A stretch of DNA of 64,000 nucleotides, taken from Dehalococcoidia bacterium. Lineage in GTDB: Bacteria; Chloroflexota; Dehalococcoidia; Plut-88900. Below, one piece after another: positions 1-9,310 of the stretch; position 1 is the stretch's first letter, and the number at the start of each line of letters is the position of its first letter. The stretch spans positions 224,001 through 288,000 of the forward strand of contig CBDBLV010000002.1 in the NCBI GenBank assembly GCA_965207225.1, given 5' to 3'. Below the pieces are notes generated by a model that made no database searches, was not told where the DNA came from, and saw only the letters and a program-made list of their open reading frames with translations. A program made the position numbers and the translations under genes.

Positions 1-1
1 C

Positions 2-235
2 CCGGGCATCAAGCCCCGGGAAACCGTAGTAGCCATCTCCGCCCTCTTCATGTCCCTCTGGGGTGGCGCCTTCTTTGGCCCGATCATCTCCGGCGTTATC
101 CAGGACCTCACCTCTGACGTCCGCCTGGCCATCACTATCACCAGCGTGGCCCCACTGTTCATGACCGCCGCCGCCCTTTTGCTATCCAAAAAGTGGAACC
201 TGCCTCCCTCCGCCGATCGCCCCTCCCCCGACTAG
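2..235 (+). CDS. MFS-type transporter, C-terminal fragment (5' truncated by window)
   Basis: Frame open from position 2; hydrophobic helices with GAFFGPIISGVIQD, typical of the last MFS TM segments. Confidence 0.65.
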   Translation, partial: PGIKPRETVVAISALFMSLWGGAFFGPIISGVIQDLTSDVRLAITITSVAPLFMTAAALLLSKKWNLPPSADRPSPD

Positions 236-243
236 CCCACCTC

Positions 244-1230
244 TCACCCCACCTTTGCCATCACATCTTTGGCGAAGGACTCAACCTGCTCCATCATCTC
301 CGGTATCGAGTCACCTGCTATGTGCAGCGCATTCACGTGGTCGATGCCATTGTTCCTTACTCTGCTGATCTTCTCCCCCACCTCATCCACGGTCCCAATC
401 CAGTTCTGCTCAACGATGGAGTCCAGAGAAAAGCCTTTAGCCAGACGGAACTGTCCTTGTAGGCTGTTACGGTAGTGCTCCACGGCTTCCTCGTGGGTCG
501 CTCCTAGGCTTAGCTCGCCCTCCGCGATAACGTGGACCTCATCCAGGCTCCTGCCTTGCTCCTCCAGCAAAGGCTCAAGCTCGTCAATCGCGCTTCGCCC
601 TGCCGCTCCCGCGGTAAAAAGCCCGTTCCCCCACTTCGCAATCCGTTGCAGTGCATCCGGGTTCCGACCTGGTGCGTAAATGGGCAGAGGGTTCTGCACA
701 GGCTTTGGATATACCTCTACGTCCCTGAACTCCACGTACTTTCCGGAATAGCTGACCGTCCGCTGCGAATGGTCAAACAGGTGGTGAAGGGCCTCCATTT
801 TCTCATCCAGCATGCGGCCCCGGTGTGCCTTCCGCATCCTGGGCTGGATCATTTCGTATTCCGCCCGGTTCCCTAGCCCAATCCCGAAGGCAACCCTGCC
901 ATTGCTGAAATGGTCCAGAGTCGTGATCTGACGGGCCAGAATTACCGGGTCCCGATAGGGAATCAGTATTACCCCCGTGCCCAGCTTTATCTTCTCTGTA
1001 ACCGCGGCCAGGTACGACAGAGACACGATGAGCTCATACCAGTTGGGTGGATCGGGGTCTTGAATAGGCGAGACGCCCGGGGCGAGGGTCATGAAATCGG
1101 TTCCCCACACAGTGTGATATCCCAGCTTCTCGGCGTCCTGCACGATTTTGACGATCTCCTGCGGCCCTGCAAATGGAACTGGAACGAACACAGCCTCTCG
1201 GCTGGTCGGGATTTCCATGTCGTACTTCAT
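244..1230 (-). CDS. LLM-class flavin/F420-dependent oxidoreductase
   Basis: AEKLGYHTVW, YLAAVTEKIKLGTGV, TLDHFSNGRVAFGIGLG, PKPVQNPLPIY motifs; start moved to ATG 1230 (GGAGG SD upstream). Confidence 0.9.
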   Translation of the reverse strand: MKYDMEIPTSREAVFVPVPFAGPQEIVKIVQDAEKLGYHTVWGTDFMTLAPGVSPIQDPDPPNWYELIVSLSYLAAVTEKIKLGTGVILIPYRDPVILARQITTLDHFSNGRVAFGIGLGNRAEYEMIQPRMRKAHRGRMLDEKMEALHHLFDHSQRTVSYSGKYVEFRDVEVYPKPVQNPLPIYAPGRNPDALQRIAKWGNGLFTAGAAGRSAIDELEPLLEEQGRSLDEVHVIAEGELSLGATHEEAVEHYRNSLQGQFRLAKGFSLDSIVEQNWIGTVDEVGEKISRVRNNGIDHVNALHIAGDSIPEMMEQVESFAKDVMAKVG

Positions 1231-1285
1231 AAAGACATTCCTCCGGGATATGGTGCTTAAGTGCCTCGAACGGGGGGATGGCCCG

Positions 1286-1314
1286 ATTCTATTGACGGCA
1301 TTAGAGCCCGTCAA
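1286..1314 (-). promoter_or_regulatory. sigma70-type promoter for the LLM gene, within an ATTGACGG..CCGTCAAT inverted repeat
   Basis: TTGACG-N17-TAGAAT on minus strand; TATAAT at 1321-1326 on plus strand for the divergent gene. Confidence 0.55.
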
Positions 1315-1370
1315 TCGTACTATAATGCGTCCATTACACCGATATATTCTCATCTCCGGAGGTAGACCAA

Positions 1371-2468
1371 ATGGCACAAATGAAAGTGATTTCCGGCGAC
1401 TCCCATGTCCAGGAACCAAGAGAGATGTACACTGGACGTTTACCCGAGGAATACTTGGCCAGGCTCCCTCACTTCATAGAAGAGGACGGTGCCAAATACC
1501 GCGTAGTCGAGGGCCGAAAGCCTCGACGCTTGGACATCGCCGAGGCACGGGAGACCGAGGAAGACCAGATGCGGGAGTTCCGGGATGATAAGTCCGGCGG
1601 CCGAGACATCGAACACCGCCTCGCAGACCTTGAACTGGATGGCATCTACGGAGAGGTCGTCTACCCCAACGAGACCCTCGGCGTCCACCAGTCCCCCGAC
1701 CCCGCCTACCAGTTTGCCATCGCTCAGGCCTACAACGACTGGGCCATCGACCTCTTCCGAGACCACCTCCACCGTATCGCACCTGTCGGGGTCATTCCCA
1801 TCACGGACATCGCCGCCGCAGTTAAGGAGGTGGAGAGGGTCGGTAAGATGGGCTACAAGGCAGTGAAGATTCCCATTGCGGTCAGGGGTCGACCCTACAA
1901 CCAGCCCGAGTACGAACCCCTCTGGCAGGCCATCGACGATGCGGGTCTCGTCCTCAACCTCCATGCCTTTACCGACGCAAATGACAATTACCCCGAAGAC
2001 TGGGGCCAGGAGGAGGGTTTCGGCGGGGCGCTCAACTTCATGGTAATGAGCATGGCCGCGGGTCAGGAGCCCGCTTCAATGCTCATCAGCTCCGGCATGC
2101 TGGAGCGGCATCCGAACATCAACCTCGGCGTCATAGAATGCGGCGCCGGGTGGCTTGCTTGGCTTCTCTATGTTCTGGATGAGCAGGCAGAGAAAAAGCA
2201 CATGTGGATTTCTCCCAAGCTCGCCATGAAGCCCAGCGAGTACTTCCGGCGACAGGGTCATGTCACCTTCGGCGACGACCCCGTGGCCCTGCTCACCATC
2301 CCTGTCCTAGGCGATGATTGCTTGGTCTGGGGCAGCGACTACCCCCACGATGAAGGCACCTTCCCCAACTCCCAGGAAGTCATAGAAAGAACCTTCCAGA
2401 CCGTCAGCGAGGAATCCAAGCGCAAGATTGTCTACGACAACGCCGCCCGCATCTACGGGATTGGTTAG
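1371..2468 (+). CDS. amidohydrolase family protein (Amidohydro_2 type)
   Basis: ISGDSHVQEP, AYNDW, ECGAGW, WGSDYPH, DNAARIYG motifs; GGAGG SD. Confidence 0.9.
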   Translation: MAQMKVISGDSHVQEPREMYTGRLPEEYLARLPHFIEEDGAKYRVVEGRKPRRLDIAEARETEEDQMREFRDDKSGGRDIEHRLADLELDGIYGEVVYPNETLGVHQSPDPAYQFAIAQAYNDWAIDLFRDHLHRIAPVGVIPITDIAAAVKEVERVGKMGYKAVKIPIAVRGRPYNQPEYEPLWQAIDDAGLVLNLHAFTDANDNYPEDWGQEEGFGGALNFMVMSMAAGQEPASMLISSGMLERHPNINLGVIECGAGWLAWLLYVLDEQAEKKHMWISPKLAMKPSEYFRRQGHVTFGDDPVALLTIPVLGDDCLVWGSDYPHDEGTFPNSQEVIERTFQTVSEESKRKIVYDNAARIYGIG

Positions 2469-2557
2469 CGTGGACAGCAGCGTTTAGCGAGCGCCCGGCT
2501 TCATGTTGCCAGCAACTATAATGTAGGTAGAATCCGCAAAATGGCAGGGAGAGGAAA

Positions 2558-2908
2558 ATGAGCTTCGTGGTGCTGACTTTTCAGTTCGAGCCGGAGGACG
2601 ATGGCTGGTTTGGCAAGTGCGTGGAGTTGGGTACGGCGACCTCGGCTAAATCAATGGCGCAGTTGGAGGAGGAGCTGAGAGACCTGGTGGGCCTCCATTT
2701 GATTACCCTGCAAGAGACCGGACGGCTGGCGCAGGTGCTTGAAGGCTGGGGAGTAAAGTTGTATGCAGACATGCCTACGGAAACGTCTACAAACTTGCCG
2801 GTAAGCCCGTGGGGCAATGGCCGGGCACTGTGCCTTTTCCAGCCACAGATGTTCAGTCTGCCGGCAATGCCGAATTCATCTCCTGTCGTAGCTTCTCTTC
2901 ATGGTTGA
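2558..2908 (+). CDS. HicB-like antitoxin
   Basis: FEPEDDGWFGKCVELGTATSAKSMAQLEEELRD resembles the HicB partial RNase H fold; overlaps a HicA-like ORF. Confidence 0.65.
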   Translation: MSFVVLTFQFEPEDDGWFGKCVELGTATSAKSMAQLEEELRDLVGLHLITLQETGRLAQVLEGWGVKLYADMPTETSTNLPVSPWGNGRALCLFQPQMFSLPAMPNSSPVVASLHG

Positions 2909-3158
2909 CCTTCCTGCACTGTCATCTAGAGAACTAATGAATCTTTTGCGATATGTCGGGTGGGAAGAAGGACGAAATACCAGGCACGGCGTTGCGTTCA
3001 AGAAGCGGATTGAAGGCGAGATAAGATCAACGATTATCCCCTACAATCGTAAGTCTCTGGGGATGAAGACTCTTCAGCAGATACTGGGGAAACAGCAGAC
3101 CGGGATAGGCAGGCAGGGATTATTTGATCTTTTGGAAAGGCGTAGGCGGGGCTGCTAG
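2901..3158 (+). CDS. HicA-like toxin
   Basis: 85 aa, basic; LPALSSRELMNLL..GW..R..HG..IIP....L...TLQQIL pattern of the HicA dsRBD fold. Confidence 0.7.
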   Translation: MVDLPALSSRELMNLLRYVGWEEGRNTRHGVAFKKRIEGEIRSTIIPYNRKSLGMKTLQQILGKQQTGIGRQGLFDLLERRRRGC

Positions 3159-3230
3159 GGTAAAGAAGAGTAAGATCGACCAATCATGCTGATTTGCTAG
3201 TACCACTGCAAACAGTACGCCAAAATCAGA

Positions 3231-3650
3231 TCAATTCAGCAAGCGAGGCCCTTCAGGTTCCACCAGCACTGCCCCTCTCATACGCGAAAGTTTGCGGTCT
3301 AAGGTGTACAAAGGTCCCGTTCCCGCCCGCACCGCCGCTGACAGAATCATCAGGTCCGCGAACTCGGCCCCTCCCTCTCCGTACCGATACGCTGCCGCAG
3401 CCACTTCCTCCGAACGCTCAACCACGATGCTTTCCGACGCCGTCAGTTCCACCAGCGTCTCCGAAATTTGAGCGCGGGAGAATCGGTAGACCCGTTTCAG
3501 CACCCACGCTATCTCCACTATGGACTCCCGGCATATGAAACCCGGGTTCTCGGAGGTCAACCCCTCTACCAGCCCTCGCGCCGCCTCCGCCTGCTCCAGG
3601 TTGTCCCGCACGAGGTAGCGTACAATCACGTTTGTGTCGAGTGCGACCAT
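3231..3650 (-). CDS. vapC: VapC PIN-domain toxin
   Basis: ALDTNVIVRYL, E..WVL, FADLMI, LYTLDRKL PIN motifs. Confidence 0.9.
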   Translation of the reverse strand: MVALDTNVIVRYLVRDNLEQAEAARGLVEGLTSENPGFICRESIVEIAWVLKRVYRFSRAQISETLVELTASESIVVERSEEVAAAAYRYGEGGAEFADLMILSAAVRAGTGPLYTLDRKLSRMRGAVLVEPEGPRLLN

Positions 3651-3880
3651 CTTTCGGCGGCCTCCTCGGCTATGGCCCTGTCCATGGTCTCAAGTGTCGC
3701 GGGCGGGCCGTCGTATTGTAGTCTGCCGTATAGTTGGCCGATGGGCCTTACGGGCATAATCAGTACCCCATGGTCCAGGATGACGTAGCGCACTTTGTCT
3801 CCTGCCTTCACCGCCAGAGACTCTCTGATGGCCTTCGGCAATGTCGTTTGCCCTTTCACGGTTATGCTGGATTCGAACAT
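3626..3880 (-). CDS. AbrB/MazE/SpoVT-family antitoxin (VapB)
   Basis: SITVKGQTTLPKAIRESLAVKAGDKV swapped-hairpin motif; overlaps vapC start. Confidence 0.9.
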   Translation of the reverse strand: MFESSITVKGQTTLPKAIRESLAVKAGDKVRYVILDHGVLIMPVRPIGQLYGRLQYDGPPATLETMDRAIAEEAAERWSHSTQT

Positions 3881-4035
3881 GGCAATCTCTCTCAGGTGAT
3901 GATCCTTCTTCCGCCTTGTATTGTACACGAAAGTAATGCTAAGCATCAAATAGTAAGGTTGTGCGTCCGCGGTTGACATTTACATTATCATGTCCCTGTT
4001 CAGCAATTGGATCTCATAGCACCATCAACACTGCC

Positions 4036-4377
4036 ATGCCGATATACGAATACGGATGCAAACAGTGCGCGGGCCTGACCAGCTACTTCACCCGCAAATA
4101 CGAAATTCCGGACAGCGTGGACTGCGATAACTGCGGGAGCGGCGATACTTGGAAGCTCGTTTCCCTCAGCAACTACCGGTTCCCGACCAAGCACAAGTAC
4201 AGCGAGGACTTCGTTGAGAAGTCCATGCCCTTTCTCAAGAGCCGCAAGGAACTAAAGGGCGTCTTCGAAAAAGAAACCGGTGAGTCCGACGAGGCCAAGG
4301 CCATGAAGATGAGCGACCAGATCGGCTCCCAGATCGACCGAGTCATCCACAAACAGCTATCGGATATGAATAGATAG
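4036..4377 (+). CDS. FmdB-family zinc-ribbon protein
   Basis: MPIYEYGCKQC...CDNCGS...KLVS signature. Confidence 0.85.
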   Translation: MPIYEYGCKQCAGLTSYFTRKYEIPDSVDCDNCGSGDTWKLVSLSNYRFPTKHKYSEDFVEKSMPFLKSRKELKGVFEKETGESDEAKAMKMSDQIGSQIDRVIHKQLSDMNR

Positions 4378-4452
4378 CTGGACTACCATCCGCACCCTCG
4401 CCAAATAGCTGATGTATTGCGTCAGCGATTCTTCTAGGTGTGCAATCGAGGC

Positions 4453-5655
4453 CTAAACAACTCCCCACCCCGCCAGCTCCCCGACCTTCGCCTCGTCGTA
4501 GCCCAGGATCTCCTTCAGCACCTCAGCGGTGTGCTGTCCCAACAGCGGCGCTGCCGTAACCGTTGTCGGGGAGTCCGACATCTGGATCGGTGACCCCAAC
4601 GTCCTGAATTTCCCCAGCTTGGGATGGTCGATGTCCACAATCATCCCCCGCTCCATCAAGTGCGGGTCCGAGTGGATGTCCTGCGGATTCAGGCACGCCC
4701 CAACTATCGCTCCGGCACTGCCCAGGATGTTCATAACTTCATGCTTGGTATGCTTCGTTGTCCAGTTTTCGATCATCTCCGTTATTTCGTCGTTGTATTC
4801 CCATCGTTTCCTGGAGTCTGAGTACCGCTCATCCCCTATCAGGTCCTCTCTACCTATGGTCTTCAGGATAATCTCCCAGGCCCCGACCGGTCCCTCATCC
4901 GCGTATATGAAGGCGTAGTCGTCTGGACCACCCGGGGCGCACTTGTACACCCAGGACGGCGCCTTGCCCCGGTGATATGAGCCCCGGATATGGATGTCGG
5001 GGTCTTCGTAGTAGCGCATCATCCCAACCCTGGCGAAGTTCACCATGGCGTCCTGCATCGATACCTCGATGCTCTGCCCTCGCCCCGTCCGCTCCCTCTG
5101 GTATAGCGCCGCGGTGATTCCCAGTGCCGCGTGGTACCCCGTCCCGATATCCCCGAATGACACGCTGATTGGGAGCGGAGGCCCGTCCGGATAGCCGTTG
5201 GTGACATAGCACCCTCCCGTGGCCTGGGCCACCATATCGAAGGCCTTGAAGTGGCTGTAAGGACCGTAGGTCCCGAAACCCTTCAGCCTCATCAATATGA
5301 CTCTCGGGTTCACCGCCGAGAGCACCTCGTATCCCAGACCCAACCTTTCCAAGGTACCGGGCCCCATGTTCTCCGCCACCACGTCGGCCTGTTTCAGAAG
5401 GTCGAAGAATATTGCCTTGCCCGTATCCGACTTCAGGTTAAGCGTGATGCTTCGTTTGTTGCAGTTGAGGATGATGAAATAGTAGCTGTCTACATCATTC
5501 TTCTTGGGAGTGCTCTGGCGGCCGGGATCGCCGCGCCCGGGAGCCTCCACCTTTATAACGTCCGCCCCTAGCCATGCCAGGGCCTGGGTACAGGTAGTGC
5601 CCGCTTCATATTGCGTGAGGTCCAGGATCCGAACGTCTTTGAGTGCCTGGTCCAT
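4453..5655 (-). CDS. CaiB/BaiF family III CoA-transferase (formyl-CoA transferase-like)
   Basis: RILDLTQYEAG, LAWLGADVIKVE, NKRSITLNLK, catalytic GDIGTG, APLLGQHT. Confidence 0.92.
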   Translation of the reverse strand: MDQALKDVRILDLTQYEAGTTCTQALAWLGADVIKVEAPGRGDPGRQSTPKKNDVDSYYFIILNCNKRSITLNLKSDTGKAIFFDLLKQADVVAENMGPGTLERLGLGYEVLSAVNPRVILMRLKGFGTYGPYSHFKAFDMVAQATGGCYVTNGYPDGPPLPISVSFGDIGTGYHAALGITAALYQRERTGRGQSIEVSMQDAMVNFARVGMMRYYEDPDIHIRGSYHRGKAPSWVYKCAPGGPDDYAFIYADEGPVGAWEIILKTIGREDLIGDERYSDSRKRWEYNDEITEMIENWTTKHTKHEVMNILGSAGAIVGACLNPQDIHSDPHLMERGMIVDIDHPKLGKFRTLGSPIQMSDSPTTVTAAPLLGQHTAEVLKEILGYDEAKVGELAGWGVV

Positions 5656-5772
5656 GGATCGCCTCCCAGTTGCGCTTTTGCCTCTTTGTCTCTTTGAGCG
5701 GTATGTTATGGGCCTCGTCAGCGAGCGTCAATCGGGAACGGTTATTATTGGAGGCGTGGATGGTGTATACCC

Positions 5773-6261
5773 GTGACAACCTCTCCCGACCTGCCCCGCT
5801 GGCCGCCCCGACGCCAAAGGCGCCGTACAGACATGCTTTGGCTCAAAAAGCTGGAAGCCGACTGCATTACACCCTACCGACACATCTTCCCCGACTCACC
5901 GCCCACCCCCCTCACCGACGCCGTAGCCCAGTTCAACTCAGGCCTCTACTGGGATTGCCACGAGACCCTGGAAAACCTCTGGCGCGCCACGCCTTATCCC
6001 CTACGCCACTTCTACCAGGCCGTCATTAAGATTGCCGTTGGCTTTCACCACGCCGATAGACACAACGCCAAAGGCGCCCGTAACAAACTCTCCGAGGGCC
6101 TGCGCCTCCTTAAACCCTTCACCCCTACATTCTTCGGCCTGGACACCGACTCCCTCGCGCTGGAAGTCCAGGACTGGCTCAACGCACTCGGACAAAATAG
6201 CCGCGTCGATTGGGTTTATATTGACAAGAAGATTAAGCCTGCCTTTCACTCCACCTCCTGA
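5773..6261 (+). CDS. DUF309 domain protein
   Basis: FNSGLYWDCHETLENLW and YQAVIKIAVGFHH motifs; start uncertain. Confidence 0.85.
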   Translation: MTTSPDLPRWPPRRQRRRTDMLWLKKLEADCITPYRHIFPDSPPTPLTDAVAQFNSGLYWDCHETLENLWRATPYPLRHFYQAVIKIAVGFHHADRHNAKGARNKLSEGLRLLKPFTPTFFGLDTDSLALEVQDWLNALGQNSRVDWVYIDKKIKPAFHSTS

Positions 6262-6274
6262 CAGCGGGATATGA

Positions 6275-6305
6275 AAAGGGCCCGACGCCACGCGTCGGGC
6301 CCTTT
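6275..6305. terminator. bidirectional intrinsic terminator
   Basis: AAAGGGCCCGACGC-CAC-GCGTCGGGCCCTTT between convergent genes. Confidence 0.8.
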
Positions 6306-6323
6306 GTCAAGTCTTGGCTTGGG

Positions 6324-7133
6324 CTACAGCACCTGCCACAGCCTCCGCCCTTCCTTCCTTAGCAACCGCCCGAAGCTCGGCATCGTGTAGTGCCCCATCC
6401 CAATCACCGATCCGTCCTTCTCCACCCGCTCCAGCACCCTTTCTCTGGTCTCTTTCGCTAACGCATGGTCGTTATCGTAGATAATTTCCCAGTGCGTCTC
6501 GTTCGCCTGGGAGGCCACGTTGATGACGTCCCCCAGGATGTAGCCCCGCTGTCCGTCGGACAGGATGCTCAGGCTCATGTGGCCCGGTGTGTGCCCGGGC
6601 GTCGACACCATCTTCACCTCGCTGGTCAGCGTGGTATCCCCTTCCACCAGCTCCAGCGCCCCCAGCGATTCCAGCGGGTTAACCTGAGATTTCATGTAGG
6701 AGTTGGTCTCCAGGTCCTCGTTGAAGAACTCGTAGTCGACCCTCGGGATAAAGTATTTGGCATTCGGGAAGGTGAGCCGCGATGAGCCGTTCTCCTCCGT
6801 TATGTTCCAGCCCACGTGGTCGATGTGTAGGTGTGTGAATGCAACTATATCGATTTCATCGACCGGCACACCCTTTTCACTCAGCTCATCCATGAGTTTG
6901 CCGGGGTACTCCTTCCCCCACCCCGTGTCCACCAGGATAGTCTTGCCCTGGGACCGGATGACGAAGCTCCCGAAGTTGATGTCCAGTTTTCCATCTTCTC
7001 CGACGAGTCCCGGGTAGGCGTCCCATTCCGGTCCCGCAACGTCGGGGAAAAGGACGCTGGCCGGGGCCCGGTCCGCACCATCCGTTACTGAAAGTACTTC
7101 CGCATTGCCTACGCTGATCTTGTAGTCCGGCAT
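6324..7133 (-). CDS. MBL-fold metallo-hydrolase
   Basis: LVDTG, THLHIDHVGW (HxHxDH), TPGHTPGH, GD and H motifs. Confidence 0.92.
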   Translation of the reverse strand: MPDYKISVGNAEVLSVTDGADRAPASVLFPDVAGPEWDAYPGLVGEDGKLDINFGSFVIRSQGKTILVDTGWGKEYPGKLMDELSEKGVPVDEIDIVAFTHLHIDHVGWNITEENGSSRLTFPNAKYFIPRVDYEFFNEDLETNSYMKSQVNPLESLGALELVEGDTTLTSEVKMVSTPGHTPGHMSLSILSDGQRGYILGDVINVASQANETHWEIIYDNDHALAKETRERVLERVEKDGSVIGMGHYTMPSFGRLLRKEGRRLWQVL

Positions 7134-7236
7134 TTGTGCCTCCTGGGGGAAGTATGGGTTGATGATACCACTTTGCAGTGAGCAGGCGTGGGTATAATGT
7201 CCCCCGTTACCCGAGATTCCACCCAGGGAGCACCCC

Positions 7237-9300
7237 TTGCGTTATCGCCTCGGAATTGACGTCGGCGGCACCTTCACCGACTACGCCCTTCACGACCTTC
7301 AAACCGGCCGCTTGACCGTCGGTAAGAACCCTACTCGTCCCTCAGACATCTCCGGTGGCGTTTTCGAAGGGTTAGAGTCAGTGCTGCAAGACCGCCGGCT
7401 CTCCGAAATGCGGCAGGTAATCCATGCCACAACCGTCGCCTCCAACCTCATGGTGGAACGCAAAGGTGCGGTCACGGGCCTACTCACTACCCGAGGCTTT
7501 CGAGATGTCCTTCTCATCCAGCGCCAACTGCGGGTTAACATCTACGACCTGTTCCTGGACAAGATACAGCCCCTCCTGCTGCGCCGCTTCATCCGCGAAG
7601 TCGACGAGCGCATGACCCACTCCGGCGAAGTCTACAAGGCCCTCGATGAAGACAGCGTCGTCGAGGCCGTGAATATCCTTTTAGATTTGGGCGTCGAGAC
7701 CTTCGCCGTCTCCCTCCTCCACTCTTACGCCAACCCTAGCCATGAGCAACGCATCCGTGACATCGTCCTCGACATGGTTCCCACTGCCCTCGTGACCCTT
7801 TCCAGCGATATCTCCCCCCAGTGGCGAGAATACGAACGCACCAGTACGGCGGTCGCAAATGCTTACCTGATGCCCGCCGTGAGGGGCTACCTGGACAGAT
7901 TTCAGCATTCTCTCAACAGTGACGGATACGAAAAGCCCTTGCAGGTGATGCAGGCCAATGGTGGCACGGCGACAGTTGATGTGATAAACCGGGCCCCCGT
8001 ACGCCTTATCGAATCGGGGCCCGCGGCGGGGGCTTTGATGGCCGCAAGCATGGCCCGAGCCCTCTGCCTGGACCGCGTCATCTCCTTCGATATGGGTGGC
8101 ACTACCGCCAAAGTCTGCCTTATCGAAGAAGGCTCTCCTTCTACCACCTCGCAGATCGAAATCGACAGGATGAAAATGCAGTCCGGCAGTGGCCTGCCCA
8201 TCAGTGTCCCGGGTATTGACCTCGTGGAGATTGGCGCCGGGGGCGGCAGTATCGCCCGGGTCGAATTGGGCGCCATTGCCGTCGGCCCCGACAGTGCAGG
8301 CGCCAGCCCCGGGCCCATCTGCTATGGCGCAGGCGGCGAAGACCCCACCGTCACCGATGCCGACCTCGTCCTCGGCTACCTCAACCCCGACTTCTTCCTC
8401 GGTGGACGCATGACCCTGGACAAGCAGTCTTCCGAAGGGGGCATCTCCGAAAAGCTGGCCGGTCCTCTCGGCTTGACTCTTGAGGAAGCTTCATGGGGCA
8501 TTCACACTGTCGTCAATGCCAACATGCGGCGGGCCCTCAGGCTGGCAACCGTCGAGCGCGGCAAGGACCCCCGACGCTACACACTTGTCGGATTCGGGGG
8601 TGCGGGGCCCGTCCATGCCTGCCGACTCGCCCGGGAGCTTGGCATTGCCCGCGTCCTGCTGCCTTCAGGCGCGGGCGTCGGATCCGCCGCCGGCCTCCTC
8701 GCCGCCGACACGGTATTCGATCTCGCCCGCACCTACGACACCTCCCTCGAAGAATCCATGCTTCCTCCCGTTAACGCTTTGTTCGAAGAACTTCGCTCTG
8801 GCTGCCGAAGCCTCATGCGGGAAAACGGAATTACGGAGGATGTTGAATACATCCCCTCAGCCGATATGCACTACGAGGGCCAGGGCTTCGACATCGAAGT
8901 CCCCCTCCCCCAACTCCCGCTCAGCGAATTCGTCATACCTGAACTAAAAGACGCCTTTCACCGAAAGTACGCCGATACCTTCGGTTACGCCCAGCCCGAC
9001 CAACCCATAAGGGCCACCGGGTGGAAACTGAGGGCCTCCCACTCCCGGGGCGAATTTCAGTGGCCCGCGATAGAGCCTCACAACTCCACGCCCACACCCT
9101 CCTCCCATCGCCCGGCCTACTTCCCGGAGACCGGCGGCTTCACCGACACCCCTGTCTATTCGAGGCCCACCCTCGGAGTGGGCGCCTCTATCAAGGGTCC
9201 TGCAATAGTCGAAGAAGCCGAGTCAACCGTTGTCCTGCTGCCCAAATCTTGCGCCACTGTGGACAAGTACGGCAACATCTTGGTCGAGTTCCAACAGTAG
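7237..9300 (+). CDS. hydantoinase A / 5-oxoprolinase family ATP-dependent subunit
   Basis: GIDVGGTFTD, EYERTST, ESGPAAG, DMGGTT, IGAGGGSIA, GPDSAGASPGPICY. Confidence 0.93.
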   Translation: MRYRLGIDVGGTFTDYALHDLQTGRLTVGKNPTRPSDISGGVFEGLESVLQDRRLSEMRQVIHATTVASNLMVERKGAVTGLLTTRGFRDVLLIQRQLRVNIYDLFLDKIQPLLLRRFIREVDERMTHSGEVYKALDEDSVVEAVNILLDLGVETFAVSLLHSYANPSHEQRIRDIVLDMVPTALVTLSSDISPQWREYERTSTAVANAYLMPAVRGYLDRFQHSLNSDGYEKPLQVMQANGGTATVDVINRAPVRLIESGPAAGALMAASMARALCLDRVISFDMGGTTAKVCLIEEGSPSTTSQIEIDRMKMQSGSGLPISVPGIDLVEIGAGGGSIARVELGAIAVGPDSAGASPGPICYGAGGEDPTVTDADLVLGYLNPDFFLGGRMTLDKQSSEGGISEKLAGPLGLTLEEASWGIHTVVNANMRRALRLATVERGKDPRRYTLVGFGGAGPVHACRLARELGIARVLLPSGAGVGSAAGLLAADTVFDLARTYDTSLEESMLPPVNALFEELRSGCRSLMRENGITEDVEYIPSADMHYEGQGFDIEVPLPQLPLSEFVIPELKDAFHRKYADTFGYAQPDQPIRATGWKLRASHSRGEFQWPAIEPHNSTPTPSSHRPAYFPETGGFTDTPVYSRPTLGVGASIKGPAIVEEAESTVVLLPKSCATVDKYGNILVEFQQ

Positions 9301-9310
9301 AAAAGACGCC

